From: Longimicrobiales bacterium
GTDB taxonomy: Bacteria; Gemmatimonadota; Gemmatimonadetes; Longimicrobiales; Gaopeijiaceae
Assembly: GCA_963664435.2 (NCBI GenBank)
Contig: CAXXKM010000001.1
Location: 1,504,001-1,568,000, forward strand
Length of the DNA stretch: 64,000 nucleotides
Direction of reading: 5' to 3'
This document shows positions 28,403-37,507 of the stretch, in pieces. Below the pieces are notes generated by a model. It saw nothing but the letters and a program-made list of their open reading frames with translations. It was not told the origin of the DNA and did not search any database. Positions within the stretch are counted from its first letter, which is position 1. Each line of letters starts with the position of its first letter. A program made the translations under genes and the position numbers.

Positions 28403-29730
28403 CGCGCACCCGGGCGGTCACCCGCCAAACGGGGCATCCCCGCCGGCGCAGCCGTTGCGGCGCTTGCGGTTGCGGCCCCCGCCGTGTGCGTCCCGCTTAC
28501 CTCCACCCAGTCGAAGAGGGCGGTTCTCGCCTCGGCCCCGTCCAGGGGGAAGACCCACAGGCCGATCGCGGTCAGGCGAGTGGGATGGTCGCTGCCCAGG
28601 GTGACCGCGAAGAGCTCCGTCTCGCCGGCCCACGCACGCAGTTCGCCGTCATCCAGCGAAGCGGCGATCTCGGTAAACTCGCCGGCACCGTCCTGAATGG
28701 CATCCGAGACGCCGTAGGCGCCCTCGATGACCACCCAGCGGTTCTCCGGGGGCCAACGTGACCGGTCCAGGGTGTAGAAACGGTAGTTGGTATCGCCTCC
28801 GCCGACCGAGACGCCGGATCCGACATCGAGCGCGTACCACGCGTAACGCTCGTGCCCGGTAGCGAAGATCACCGACGCGACCACGCTGTCCGTCTGCGTG
28901 CGCCCCAGGCGGGCGCGCACCTCCCAGAAGTTGATCGGGGCCTCAAGGTTGCGATTCGCGCGGCCGGCGATGCCGCGTTCGAGATTGGTGAGCGCCAGGA
29001 CACCCTCGGACAGCACCGTGTCCGCCTGTTCGACGCCCCATGCCTCCAGGCCCGAATCGAAGTCCTCCCGGAAGCCGAGGGTCGGACCGGGGACGACCGT
29101 TACGGCAACTTCGTGCGCCGCCGTCAGGCCGCCGGGATCGGTGGCCGTCAACATCAGCGTCGTCGTGCCCGCCGCCACGCCCGCGATCGACATCGTCAGG
29201 CCGGACACCGAAGCCAGGACTACGCGCGGGTTTGAAGACGAGGCCTGGTAGCTGAGCGCGCCCCCGTCCGGGTCGTCGAAGTACGAGGAAACCTCCAGCG
29301 GGACCGTCTCGCCGGAGGCCAGGTTCACCGCCTGAATCGAGCCCGTCGCCACCGGCGGCCGGTTCGTCCGCACCGTGACGCCGGTGCTCTGGGTGGCCGC
29401 GAGCCCGCCCGGATCGCGGGCCGTCAGAGTCAGAATCGCCCTCCCCGAAGACACCGCCGTGACCGCCACCAGGGTCCCGGAAACCGCGACCCGCGCGGTC
29501 GCCGCGTCCGTCCTCGCCTCGTAGCTCAGGCTGTCTCCGTCGGGGTCGGTGAAGTAGGGGGACACCTCCACCAGCACCACCTGCCCCTCGACCAGGGTCA
29601 GGGAGGGGATGGACGCCGCGGCCACCGGCGCCCGGTTCCGGTCCGCGAGGGTGGGCCCGGTCGTGCCCGGACGACAGCCGGCGGTTCCCAGGGCCAGCAA
29701 CAGGAGCACGGGGGCGCGGGCCTTCGTCAC
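28399..29730 (-). CDS. Surface lipoprotein with two cadherin/Ig-like repeats and the same C-terminal domain
   Basis: Lipobox TAGC; two DPDG repeats; FR.DF...TNYRF...GAYGVS...LFDW.EV.G shared with the neighbour. In-frame coupled GTG at 29871 is an alternative start. Confidence 0.85.
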   Translation of the reverse strand: MTKARAPVLLLLALGTAGCRPGTTGPTLADRNRAPVAAASIPSLTLVEGQVVLVEVSPYFTDPDGDSLSYEARTDAATARVAVSGTLVAVTAVSSGRAILTLTARDPGGLAATQSTGVTVRTNRPPVATGSIQAVNLASGETVPLEVSSYFDDPDGGALSYQASSSNPRVVLASVSGLTMSIAGVAAGTTTLMLTATDPGGLTAAHEVAVTVVPGPTLGFREDFDSGLEAWGVEQADTVLSEGVLALTNLERGIAGRANRNLEAPINFWEVRARLGRTQTDSVVASVIFATGHERYAWYALDVGSGVSVGGGDTNYRFYTLDRSRWPPENRWVVIEGAYGVSDAIQDGAGEFTEIAASLDDGELRAWAGETELFAVTLGSDHPTRLTAIGLWVFPLDGAEARTALFDWVEVSGTHTAGAATASAATAAPAGMPRLAGDRPGAR

Positions 29731-29867
29731 GACCCGTCGAAGCAGATCCCGACGAGGGCCGGGGACGCCACGGACGCCGGACGGCGCCGGCGTCAGGATC
29801 GGGCTCGTCAAGTCACGGTTCCGGGTTCCGATCTCACCCGGGAAGCGCTCGGCCTCAGGGATCTCCC

Positions 29868-30845
29868 TCACCCTCCCTGCACGTACTCCGCCACCGCCCG
29901 GTGGGTCGCGTACCAGACGTCGCCACGGGCGTTGATGTGCTCGATGAGGCCTTCCAGGATGAGGATGCGGGAGCGGTGGCCGATGTAGTGCGGGTGCATG
30001 GTGAGCACAAGCATGGTGCCCTCCTCCCAGGCGCGGTCGAACTCGTCGATGTAGACCTGGAGGACGTCGCGGGGGGCGCTGTAGCTGTTGCCCCGCGGAT
30101 TCAGGAGGGGCGCGTCGTCCAGGATCCACTCCACGGGCAGCTCGATCAGGCCGGTCGGCTCCCCGTTCGCGACGATCTCGTAGGGCCGGTCGTCGGCCAT
30201 CAACGAACTGTCGTAGAGGAAGTCCATGTCGAGGATGATGTCGAGGGTGTTGGGGCTGAAGTTCCACGACGGGGCCCGGTAGCCGACCGGACGCTCGCCG
30301 GTGACCTCGGTGTAATACGCGACCGCGCGCTCCAGCAGGGCCCGCTCCTCGTCGGCCTCAAGCAGCGAGTTGGTCTCGTGGATCCAGCCGTGAATGGCGA
30401 TTTCGTGGTGGCCGGCAGCCTGAATCGCGTCCAGCATCTCCGGGTTGAACTGCATGCTCATCGCGGGGATGAAGAAGGATGCGGGGATGTCGTGCTCGTC
30501 GAGGACCTCGAGCACCCGCGGGAGGGCGCGGCGTGCGCCGTACTCGCCCTGGGACAGGCCGCCGACGGTGGGTTGCCCGTTGCGGATGGGGATGGTTTCG
30601 TTGTCCACGTCGAAGGAGAGCAGCACCGCGGCGCGGGCACCGCCCGGCCAGCTGGCGGGCGTCAGGTCGCGTCCGGCCCTTACCGCGTTGACGGTCGCGA
30701 AGACGCGTTCGTCGCTCCATCGCCAGCCCGGCTCGTCGTCGGCCTGGGGCGACTGGGCGGCGTCCGCGGTGCCGGCGCCGGGCGCGCAGGAGGAGAGGAT
30801 GACGGCGAAGGCCGCGACGGCGAGGAGGGTCGGACGCGGGTTCAT
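29868..30845 (-). CDS. Polysaccharide deacetylase (CE4, PuuE/PgdA-like) lipoprotein
   Basis: Lipobox LSSC; SFDVD, HEIAIHGWIHE, GYRAPSW, YDSSLM.DD.PY, LTMHP..IG. Confidence 0.88.
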   Translation of the reverse strand: MNPRPTLLAVAAFAVILSSCAPGAGTADAAQSPQADDEPGWRWSDERVFATVNAVRAGRDLTPASWPGGARAAVLLSFDVDNETIPIRNGQPTVGGLSQGEYGARRALPRVLEVLDEHDIPASFFIPAMSMQFNPEMLDAIQAAGHHEIAIHGWIHETNSLLEADEERALLERAVAYYTEVTGERPVGYRAPSWNFSPNTLDIILDMDFLYDSSLMADDRPYEIVANGEPTGLIELPVEWILDDAPLLNPRGNSYSAPRDVLQVYIDEFDRAWEEGTMLVLTMHPHYIGHRSRILILEGLIEHINARGDVWYATHRAVAEYVQGG

Positions 30846-31086
30846 GAATGCTCCCGGGTTCGGGTTCCGGTCGGGGGGCGGAATCGCAACAATACGGATT
30901 CGGTATGGAGCGTAACAGTATGCGAGTGAGGCGTGAGCACATGAGGCGGAGGATGGCAGCCATGGAGTCCCTGCCCGAGCCACGGGCGGTGAGCACCGCG
31001 GCCGGGCGCTGCGGCCCAAGCTTCGGGATCCCGGTGGCAGGGGGAACCGCACCCGCGGACGCCGGACCCGGCATGGAAGCGGCCTC

Positions 31087-32499
31087 ATGAGCGCCGCCCG
31101 CGACCTGGCCTTTCTCCCGGCCGGCGAACTCGCCGCGCTGGTGGCGGCGCGGGAGGTGTCGGCGGAGGAGGTGACTTCGGCGGCGCTCGACCGCATTGGC
31201 CGGCACAACCCGGTGGTGAACGCGGTGGTGACCCTTTCCCCGCGCGCACTGGACGATGCGCGCGCGATCGACCGGCGGCTGGCGCGGGGAGAGGATCCCG
31301 GGCCGCTCGCCGGGGTGCCGGTCGGGATCAAGGACATGACGGCGGTGGCGGGGCTGCGCACCACGTACGGCTCTCCACTGTACGCGGACCATGTGCCCGC
31401 GGAGGACGCGCTCGTGGTGCGCCGCCTGCGGGCTGCCGGCGCGGTGGTGGTCGGCAAGACCAATACGCCGGAGTTCGCCGCGGGGGCCAACACCTTCAAC
31501 GACGTGTTCGGCGCCACCCGCAACCCGTGGGATCCGGCGCTCTCGGCCGGAGGGTCGACCGGCGGGGGGGCGGCGGGGCTCGCGACCGGCATGTTCGCGC
31601 TCGCGGAGGGGACCGACCTGGGCGGCTCGCTGCGCATCCCGGCGGCCTTCTGCGGGGTGACCGGGCTACGCCCCTCCCCCGGGCTGGTCCCCACCGAGCC
31701 CACCGACTGGGCGTGGGACACCATCATGGTCACCGGGCTGATGGCGCGCTCGGCCCACGACCTGGCGCTCGGACTGCAGGCGGTGGCCGGTCCGTCGACG
31801 GGGTCGCCCCTTCGCCAGCCGGTCGCGGGGCGGGATTTCCCGGCCGCCGCCCGGGCGGGCATGGCACAAGGCGCCCGCGTCGCATTCTGCGCGGACCTGG
31901 CGGGGATGGGGGTGGATGCGGGGGTGGAGGGGGTGTGCCGGGAGGCGGCGTTCGCACTGAGTCGAGCGGGCGCCGCGGTGGAGGAGATCGACCTGGACCT
32001 CTCGCATGCCCGGCGCGCCTTCCTCGACCTGCGCGGGCAGTGGATGGTCGCGCACCACCAGGACCGCCTGGACCGCATCGACGAGCTGGGCCCCAACCTG
32101 GCCGGAAACATCCGCGCGGGACTCGCGACCACGCCCGCGCAACTCGGCCGCGCCGACCAGGTGCGCAGCGACCTCTGGCGTCGCTTCGCCGCATTGCGGC
32201 GCGACTTCGACTACCTGATCACGCCGTGCACCGCCGTGCCCCCCTTCCCGGTCGAACAGAGCCATCCCACGGAGATCGCGGGCCGGGCGCTCGAGACCTA
32301 CGTGGACTGGTTCGCCCCGACCTTCGTCCTCTCGCTCACCGGCCTTCCGGTCGCAGCGGTGCCCGCCGGACTGGACCCACGCGGGCTCCCGGCGGGGCTC
32401 CAGGTGGTGGGCCCTCCCGCAGGCGAGGAGGCCGTGCTGGCCCTGGCCGCCACCCTCGCGCGCCTGCGCCCGCCGGAGCGGCCACCGCTGGTGGAGTGA
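31087..32499 (+). CDS. Amidase signature family protein
   Basis: GPLAGVPVGIKD, GKTNTPEF, GGSTGG, GTDLGGSLRIPA. Confidence 0.93.
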   Translation: MSAARDLAFLPAGELAALVAAREVSAEEVTSAALDRIGRHNPVVNAVVTLSPRALDDARAIDRRLARGEDPGPLAGVPVGIKDMTAVAGLRTTYGSPLYADHVPAEDALVVRRLRAAGAVVVGKTNTPEFAAGANTFNDVFGATRNPWDPALSAGGSTGGGAAGLATGMFALAEGTDLGGSLRIPAAFCGVTGLRPSPGLVPTEPTDWAWDTIMVTGLMARSAHDLALGLQAVAGPSTGSPLRQPVAGRDFPAAARAGMAQGARVAFCADLAGMGVDAGVEGVCREAAFALSRAGAAVEEIDLDLSHARRAFLDLRGQWMVAHHQDRLDRIDELGPNLAGNIRAGLATTPAQLGRADQVRSDLWRRFAALRRDFDYLITPCTAVPPFPVEQSHPTEIAGRALETYVDWFAPTFVLSLTGLPVAAVPAGLDPRGLPAGLQVVGPPAGEEAVLALAATLARLRPPERPPLVE

Positions 32500-32511
32500 C
32501 GTCGTCGCGCC

Positions 32512-32567
32512 CCGGACCCCGCCGACCCGGTGGACGCGGCGCCGGACCCCCTCGACCCGGTGGACGC
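32512..32567. repeat. 26-nt direct repeat x2 (30-nt period) after the amidase stop
   Basis: ccggaccccgccgacccggtggacgc / ccggaccccctcgacccggtggacgc. Confidence 0.8.
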
Positions 32568-32722
32568 CTGGCATCGCACTTCGGCGCCGCTTCCCCGCCT
32601 TGCCCGCCCTCCGCGCGGCATCTACGATTTTCACGAACTTTCCCGTTCTCGAAAATCCCGCTCATGCGGGCATAGCAGACTTCGTGCGACATCGCATCCC
32701 CATCGACTGAAAGGAGCAAGTC

Positions 32723-33811
32723 ATGGCCAGAGCAGCTTCCGGTACTTCCCGCCGGCGATTCTTCAAGCAGGGCTTCGGCGTCGGCGCGGGAGCGTTGACC
32801 CTCGGCCGCTGGCCCCGAGGGCTGCTTCGCCGGCAACAGGCGGGCGCTCCCCTCATCATCACCAGCCACACCAACGAGACCGGGCGCAACGCCATGGCGC
32901 AGGCGTGGGACATTCTCGCCGAGGGCGGGAGCGCGCTGGACGCCGTGGAGCGCGGGGCCAACGTCATCGAAGTGGACCCGGACGATGCCGGGGTCGGCTA
33001 CGGCGGACTTCCCAACGAGGACGGTGTCGTACAGCTCGACGCCTCCTGCATGGACGGCAAGACCTACAGCGCCGGATGCGTCGCGTCGATCGAGGACATC
33101 AAGACCCCGTCGTCGGTCGCGCGGCTTGTGATGGAGCGCACCGACCACGTCATGCTGGTGGGGCCGGGCGCGCGCGAGTTCGCCCTCTCCTTCGGCTTCA
33201 AGGCGGAGAATCTGCTGACCGAGAACGCGCGCATGGCTTGGGTGCGCTGGCGCGAGACCCACAGCGAGCGGCGGGACGACTGGGGTCCGCCCGACCACAT
33301 CCGCGACAGGCCCGACAGGCAGACCGGCGGGCTCCCGGGCGAGGACGACTTCAACTACGGCACCACCAACGTGCTGGCCGTGGACGCCAACGGGGACGTG
33401 GCGGGCATTACCACCACCAGCGGCCTCTCCTGGAAGATCCCCGGCCGCATCGGCGACTCGCCCATCATCGGCGCGGGGCTCTACGTCGACAACGACGTGG
33501 GCGCGGCGGCGGTCACCGGACGCGGCGAGGACGTCATCAAGTCGTGCGCGTCCTATTTCATCGTCGGACGCATGCGCGAGGGACGGTCTCCGCAGGAAGC
33601 CTGCGAAGACGCGGTCGAGATGATCGTGGGCAGATACCGGGCCGTCGGCCTCGACTTCGTGCCCAGCGAGAAGTTCGTCGCGATCAACAAGGACGGCGAG
33701 ATCGGCTGCGCGCGCATGTCGGGCGGCGCCGGCCGCATCGGCACGCTGACGTACCGCAACTCCTCGGGGCTCGACACCTTCGAGGGCACCCAGCTCTACC
33801 CGACGAGCTGA
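32723..33811 (+). CDS. N(4)-(beta-N-acetylglucosaminyl)-L-asparaginase / asparaginase-2 family, Tat-exported
   Basis: SD AAGGAG; SRRRFF; VGYGGLPN..G.VQLDA, GT autoproteolysis site, TTSGL.WK.PGR.GDSPIIGAG. Confidence 0.9.
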   Translation: MARAASGTSRRRFFKQGFGVGAGALTLGRWPRGLLRRQQAGAPLIITSHTNETGRNAMAQAWDILAEGGSALDAVERGANVIEVDPDDAGVGYGGLPNEDGVVQLDASCMDGKTYSAGCVASIEDIKTPSSVARLVMERTDHVMLVGPGAREFALSFGFKAENLLTENARMAWVRWRETHSERRDDWGPPDHIRDRPDRQTGGLPGEDDFNYGTTNVLAVDANGDVAGITTTSGLSWKIPGRIGDSPIIGAGLYVDNDVGAAAVTGRGEDVIKSCASYFIVGRMREGRSPQEACEDAVEMIVGRYRAVGLDFVPSEKFVAINKDGEIGCARMSGGAGRIGTLTYRNSSGLDTFEGTQLYPTS

Positions 33812-33832
33812 TCCCGCAGAGACAATGGTTCG

Positions 33833-34552
33833 GTGTCTCGCGCGCGGGCGGGATCCGTAGACGCATCCGCGTCCGGCCCGCCCGCCGCGAACGCCTCCGC
33901 CGCCGCGGCCCGGTCACGCGCCACGCACCAGGTCGACCATTGGTGGGCCCGCGGGCTGCTGTTCGAGAGCTGCAACTGCCAGGTGGTCTGTCCGGGCCAC
34001 GTCCACTTCAGCCAGAGCTGCACCCACGAGCGCTGCATCGGCTACTGGGCGCTTCGTTTCGACGAGGGCCGGTACGGCGACACGAGCCTCGACGGCGTTC
34101 GCGCGGTGGTAGCCTTCGAGTGCCCGCAACTGATGATCGCGGGAGATTGGACGGAGGTGCTGCTGATCGACCAGGAAGCTTCGCCGGATCAGCGGGAGGC
34201 CGTGGAAGCCATCCTGCGCGGCGATGCGGGTGGGCCATGGGAGGTGCTGGCGCGGTTCGTCTCCGACTGGCTGCCCACGCGCTTCGTCCCGATCGAGATG
34301 GAGGATGAGGGCAAGGTGAAGCGGGTACGGGTCGGTTCGCTCCTGGAAGCGTCCGTCGAGGACATCCGCGGGTGGGACCGGGACCTTCCGGTCACCTTCC
34401 GGAACATGTTCAACCAGATCCACGACTCCACGCAGACCATCGCCCGGGGCGAGACCCGCGGCGACATCGGCGGCATTCGCCTCCGCAACGAGGGCACGCA
34501 CGGGCTGCACTCACGTTTCGACTGGCGGGTCGGGGATCCCGAACGCAGCTGA
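33833..34552 (+). CDS. DUF1326-family protein
   Basis: ESCNC.V.CP.H, G.YG...LDG, ID..A...QR.A...I..G..GG.W. Start uncertain. Confidence 0.85.
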   Translation: MSRARAGSVDASASGPPAANASAAAARSRATHQVDHWWARGLLFESCNCQVVCPGHVHFSQSCTHERCIGYWALRFDEGRYGDTSLDGVRAVVAFECPQLMIAGDWTEVLLIDQEASPDQREAVEAILRGDAGGPWEVLARFVSDWLPTRFVPIEMEDEGKVKRVRVGSLLEASVEDIRGWDRDLPVTFRNMFNQIHDSTQTIARGETRGDIGGIRLRNEGTHGLHSRFDWRVGDPERS

Positions 34553-34618
34553 GGGTGTGCCGGGGAGACAGGGCTGTAACCCAATGACGCAAGAGAAGTT
34601 GTCGAAGGAGGAGAACCG

Positions 34619-35662
34619 ATGCTGAAACACGAGAACGGAGCCCGCCGGACGTCACTTGCCGCCGCGCTTCTCCTGGCGGTACCGGGCGCGGCGTTCCCGG
34701 CCTCTGCCCAGGACGAGCCGCCGGCCAGCCCGCCACCCGAGTGGGAGGCCACGGCCATCGACTATTCCAACATCCGCTACCCGCACCCGGTGAAGTACCT
34801 GAACCTCCGGCTGATGGGCGAGGACTATCGGATGGCGTACATGGACGTGGCGCCGGCGGGCGAGCCCAACGGGCAGACCGTCGTCCTCTTCCACGGCATG
34901 AACTTCTTCGCCGCGGCCTTCGGGCCCACCATCGCCGCGCTCACCGAAGCCGGGTTCCGCGCGATCGCGGTGGACCGGCTCGGATACGGGCGCTCATCCA
35001 AGCCCGTCATCCACTACAACCTGCACATGCCCGCGCGCCACACGAAGGCGCTGCTGGACGAGCTGGGCATCGAGCAGGTGGCCGTCCTGGGACACTCGAT
35101 GGGCGGCATGGTCGCGACCCGCTTCACCTCGACGTACCCGGACGTGGTCACCCATGTGATCATGTCCAACCAGATCGGCCTGACCGACACCCGCCACGGA
35201 CGCGCGTGGAGCGACCCGGAGGCGGTGTACGAGTCGACGCTGAGCGGCACGACCTATGAGTCGACCCTGGCCGGGCACAGACGCTACTACCCGAACGGCT
35301 GGAAGAACGAGTACCTGCCCTGGGTGAAGGTCCAGTACGGGCTCACGCTGAGCGGCCACTGGCCCCGGATGGCCCGGGTGCGCGCGGCGCAGCGGCAGAT
35401 CCTGTTCGAGGATCCGGTCGTGCACGAGTGGCAGTACATCCGGACCAAGGCGCTGGTGATCGGCGGAGCGGACGACAGGTTGAGCCGCGACTTTCCCGCG
35501 GCGGCGCGCAACGTGGCGGAGACGCTGCCCAACGCGGAACTGGTGCTGTTTCCGGGGATCGGCCATGTGCCGGCGTTCGAGTACCCGGAGCCGTATCATG
35601 CGGAGGTGATCCGGTTCCTGCTGTCGGATCCGGAGTCGCCTGCGGATCAGGGGTGGAGGTAG
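34619..35662 (+). CDS. Exported alpha/beta hydrolase
   Basis: SD AAGGAGG; signal peptide; HG.NF, D..GYGRS, GHSMGG nucleophile elbow, C-terminal GH. Confidence 0.9.
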   Translation: MLKHENGARRTSLAAALLLAVPGAAFPASAQDEPPASPPPEWEATAIDYSNIRYPHPVKYLNLRLMGEDYRMAYMDVAPAGEPNGQTVVLFHGMNFFAAAFGPTIAALTEAGFRAIAVDRLGYGRSSKPVIHYNLHMPARHTKALLDELGIEQVAVLGHSMGGMVATRFTSTYPDVVTHVIMSNQIGLTDTRHGRAWSDPEAVYESTLSGTTYESTLAGHRRYYPNGWKNEYLPWVKVQYGLTLSGHWPRMARVRAAQRQILFEDPVVHEWQYIRTKALVIGGADDRLSRDFPAAARNVAETLPNAELVLFPGIGHVPAFEYPEPYHAEVIRFLLSDPESPADQGWR

Positions 35663-35682
35663 GGGGGGCGGGAGAGATCCGG

Positions 35683-36018
35683 CTACCGCAGCAGCACTCC
35701 GCCGATCGTGCGGGCGATCCACTGGTTGAGGCTCTTCCCCTCGGCGGCGGCCGCGGCTGCCGCGCTCGCGTGCAGATCCGGCGACATGCGCAAATGGAAC
35801 TTCCCCGAGTACGACCTCCGGGGTTCGACGCCGTCCTCCTCGCACATCTCCAGAAACACCTTGAGCGAAGTGGCTCCCTCCTGCCTGAGGCCCGCGACAT
35901 CGGGGGCGTAGAAATCCGCTCCGCCGTTCAGGCCGATGAACTCGCCCCGGAACATGTCGATGTCCGGATCGAAATGAATGACCGCCTGGTAGCCGTCGAT
36001 CTCCATGGTGTTTTTCAC
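35683..36018 (-). CDS. hicB: HicB-family antitoxin
   Basis: F.GE..GLNGGADFY, YSGKF.LR..P.LH, SLNQW ribbon-helix-helix; GTGA-coupled to hicA. Confidence 0.9.
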   Translation of the reverse strand: MKNTMEIDGYQAVIHFDPDIDMFRGEFIGLNGGADFYAPDVAGLRQEGATSLKVFLEMCEEDGVEPRRSYSGKFHLRMSPDLHASAAAAAAAEGKSLNQWIARTIGGVLLR

Positions 36019-36269
36019 GGCTCCACTCCATTCCTCCGTAGCCAATTCCGGATGCTGGCGACCGCGCCGGCGTCAGTATTCGGCGATGGGTGCGGCCGGT
36101 GGAACACCCGGCGGTCGCCGAACAGCCTTATGCCGATGCGGGAGCCTTCCCGCTCGCTGACCTCCGCTCCCAGATCTACCAGCAACGCCTCGATTCTCCG
36201 CCACGGTATGTTGCCGCTGACCGGGTGGCTGAAGATCGACTCAAGGGTTTTGCGGTGCCTGCGCTTCAT
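36015..36269 (-). CDS. hicA: HicA-family toxin
   Basis: H.KTL..IF..P, W..IE.L, EGSR, FHRPHP. Confidence 0.9.
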   Translation of the reverse strand: MKRRHRKTLESIFSHPVSGNIPWRRIEALLVDLGAEVSEREGSRIGIRLFGDRRVFHRPHPSPNTDAGAVASIRNWLRRNGVEP

Positions 36270-36303
36270 GAGTTATGATATCGTAATATGATACCGTGCA
36301 CAA
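36270..36303 (-). promoter_or_regulatory. Sigma70-like promoter and probable operator for a leaderless hicAB transcript
   Basis: Minus strand TTGTGC-17 nt-TATCAT-aactc-ATG; TATCATA occurs twice; no SD. Confidence 0.6.
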
Positions 36304-36383
36304 GTCATCTGGCGCTCCCGGAAGTGCCGGTTGTGCCACCGTCCCGGTCAGCCCCGTGACATGAGACCAACACCTGCAGATCC

Positions 36384-37028
36384 GTGCCGGCCCTGAATAC
36401 GTCCCTCCCCCTCGCCGCGCTCATGTGGTTTGGGATGATGGCGGCCATGATGCTGCCGGTGTCGGTGCCGTGGGTGCGGGTGCTGGTTTCGTTGAGCGAC
36501 GGAGACGGGCGGGTCCGGTCGGGGGCGCCGCCGGCACTGGTGCCCGGGAGGTGGTTGTGGGCCCGCGTCCGGTCGGGTGCGCTGTTCCTGGCCGGCTACC
36601 TGTCGGTGTGGCTGCTCTTCAGCGTGGCCGCGGCAGCGGTGCAGCTGGGGGTGGCGGGGATGGTACCGCTCGGTCGCGACACACCGGTCGCGGGGTTCTT
36701 TCTGGTGGGCGCCGGCCTCTACCAGCTGTCACCGGTCAAGGCGGCCTGCCTGCGCCACTGCCGCAACCCGCTCACCTGGTTCCTGACCCGCTGGCGGGAC
36801 GGGCCGCGGGGAGCACTGGGGATGGGGTGGGGGCACGGCCTCTACTGCCTAGGGTGCTGCTGGGCACTGATGGCTTTGGCGCTCGTGCTGGGCGTCATGG
36901 ACCTGCTCTGGATGGCCGTGCTGGCGGCGGTCGTGTGTATCGAGAACCTCGCGCCGGGCGGACCGATCGCCGGGCGGGTCGCGGGGGTGGGGCTGGTGGT
37001 GTGGGGGGTGGTGGTGTGGGTGGGGTGA
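36384..37028 (+). CDS. DUF2182-family metal-binding integral membrane protein
   Basis: W..MM.AMMLP, AGLYQL.P.K..CL..CR.P, G.YCLGCCWALM. Confidence 0.9.
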   Translation: MPALNTSLPLAALMWFGMMAAMMLPVSVPWVRVLVSLSDGDGRVRSGAPPALVPGRWLWARVRSGALFLAGYLSVWLLFSVAAAAVQLGVAGMVPLGRDTPVAGFFLVGAGLYQLSPVKAACLRHCRNPLTWFLTRWRDGPRGALGMGWGHGLYCLGCCWALMALALVLGVMDLLWMAVLAAVVCIENLAPGGPIAGRVAGVGLVVWGVVVWVG

Positions 37029-37034
37029 GAGCTG

Positions 37035-37328
37035 TCAGGCGGCCGACTTCCTGCTCGCGGCGGCTTCGCGGATTGATTCCCGGAGCCCTTCCAGCAAGCC
37101 CTCGACTCGCGCCACGCGCTCGCCGAGGTCGGCGAAATCGCGGCGCATTGAGGCCAGCTCCGCGCGGAAACCGTTCAGCTCCTCCCGGAAACCGTCCAAC
37201 TGCCGCTGAAAGCCGTCGACCTGGTTGCGCAAGCCGTTGATGTCCGAACGAAGCCCGTTCAGAACCACAAGGATCAGCCCAGCGACCATGAGGCCGACCG
37301 TCAGAACCCCGATCAATTCTGCTGACAT
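37035..37328 (-). CDS. Small membrane-anchored coiled-coil protein
   Basis: N-terminal TM segment, then heptads LRSDING/LRNQVDG/FQRQLDG/FREELNG/FRAELAS and ERVARVEG. Confidence 0.75.
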   Translation of the reverse strand: MSAELIGVLTVGLMVAGLILVVLNGLRSDINGLRNQVDGFQRQLDGFREELNGFRAELASMRRDFADLGERVARVEGLLEGLRESIREAAASRKSAA

Positions 37329-37507
37329 CGGTTTCCCCTGCATCCACGGACGACGGGGACGATACGCGAACACCCTGAACGTATCGCTCCAACTCGGGCA
37401 GTGGAATGACGGGATGGGTCATCCGCATTGCGAAGTGGGAGTCTCACGCGGCATCCCGTGGCGTTGCGAGTAAGTGACCGGGCCCGGGTGCACCGGTCCG
37501 TTCACCC

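Noticed and set aside
32496..32675. GTGA-started ORF after the amidase as another bridge
   Set aside because: It stops 47 nt before the next gene, which has its own SD; it shows that one-sided overlaps occur by chance.
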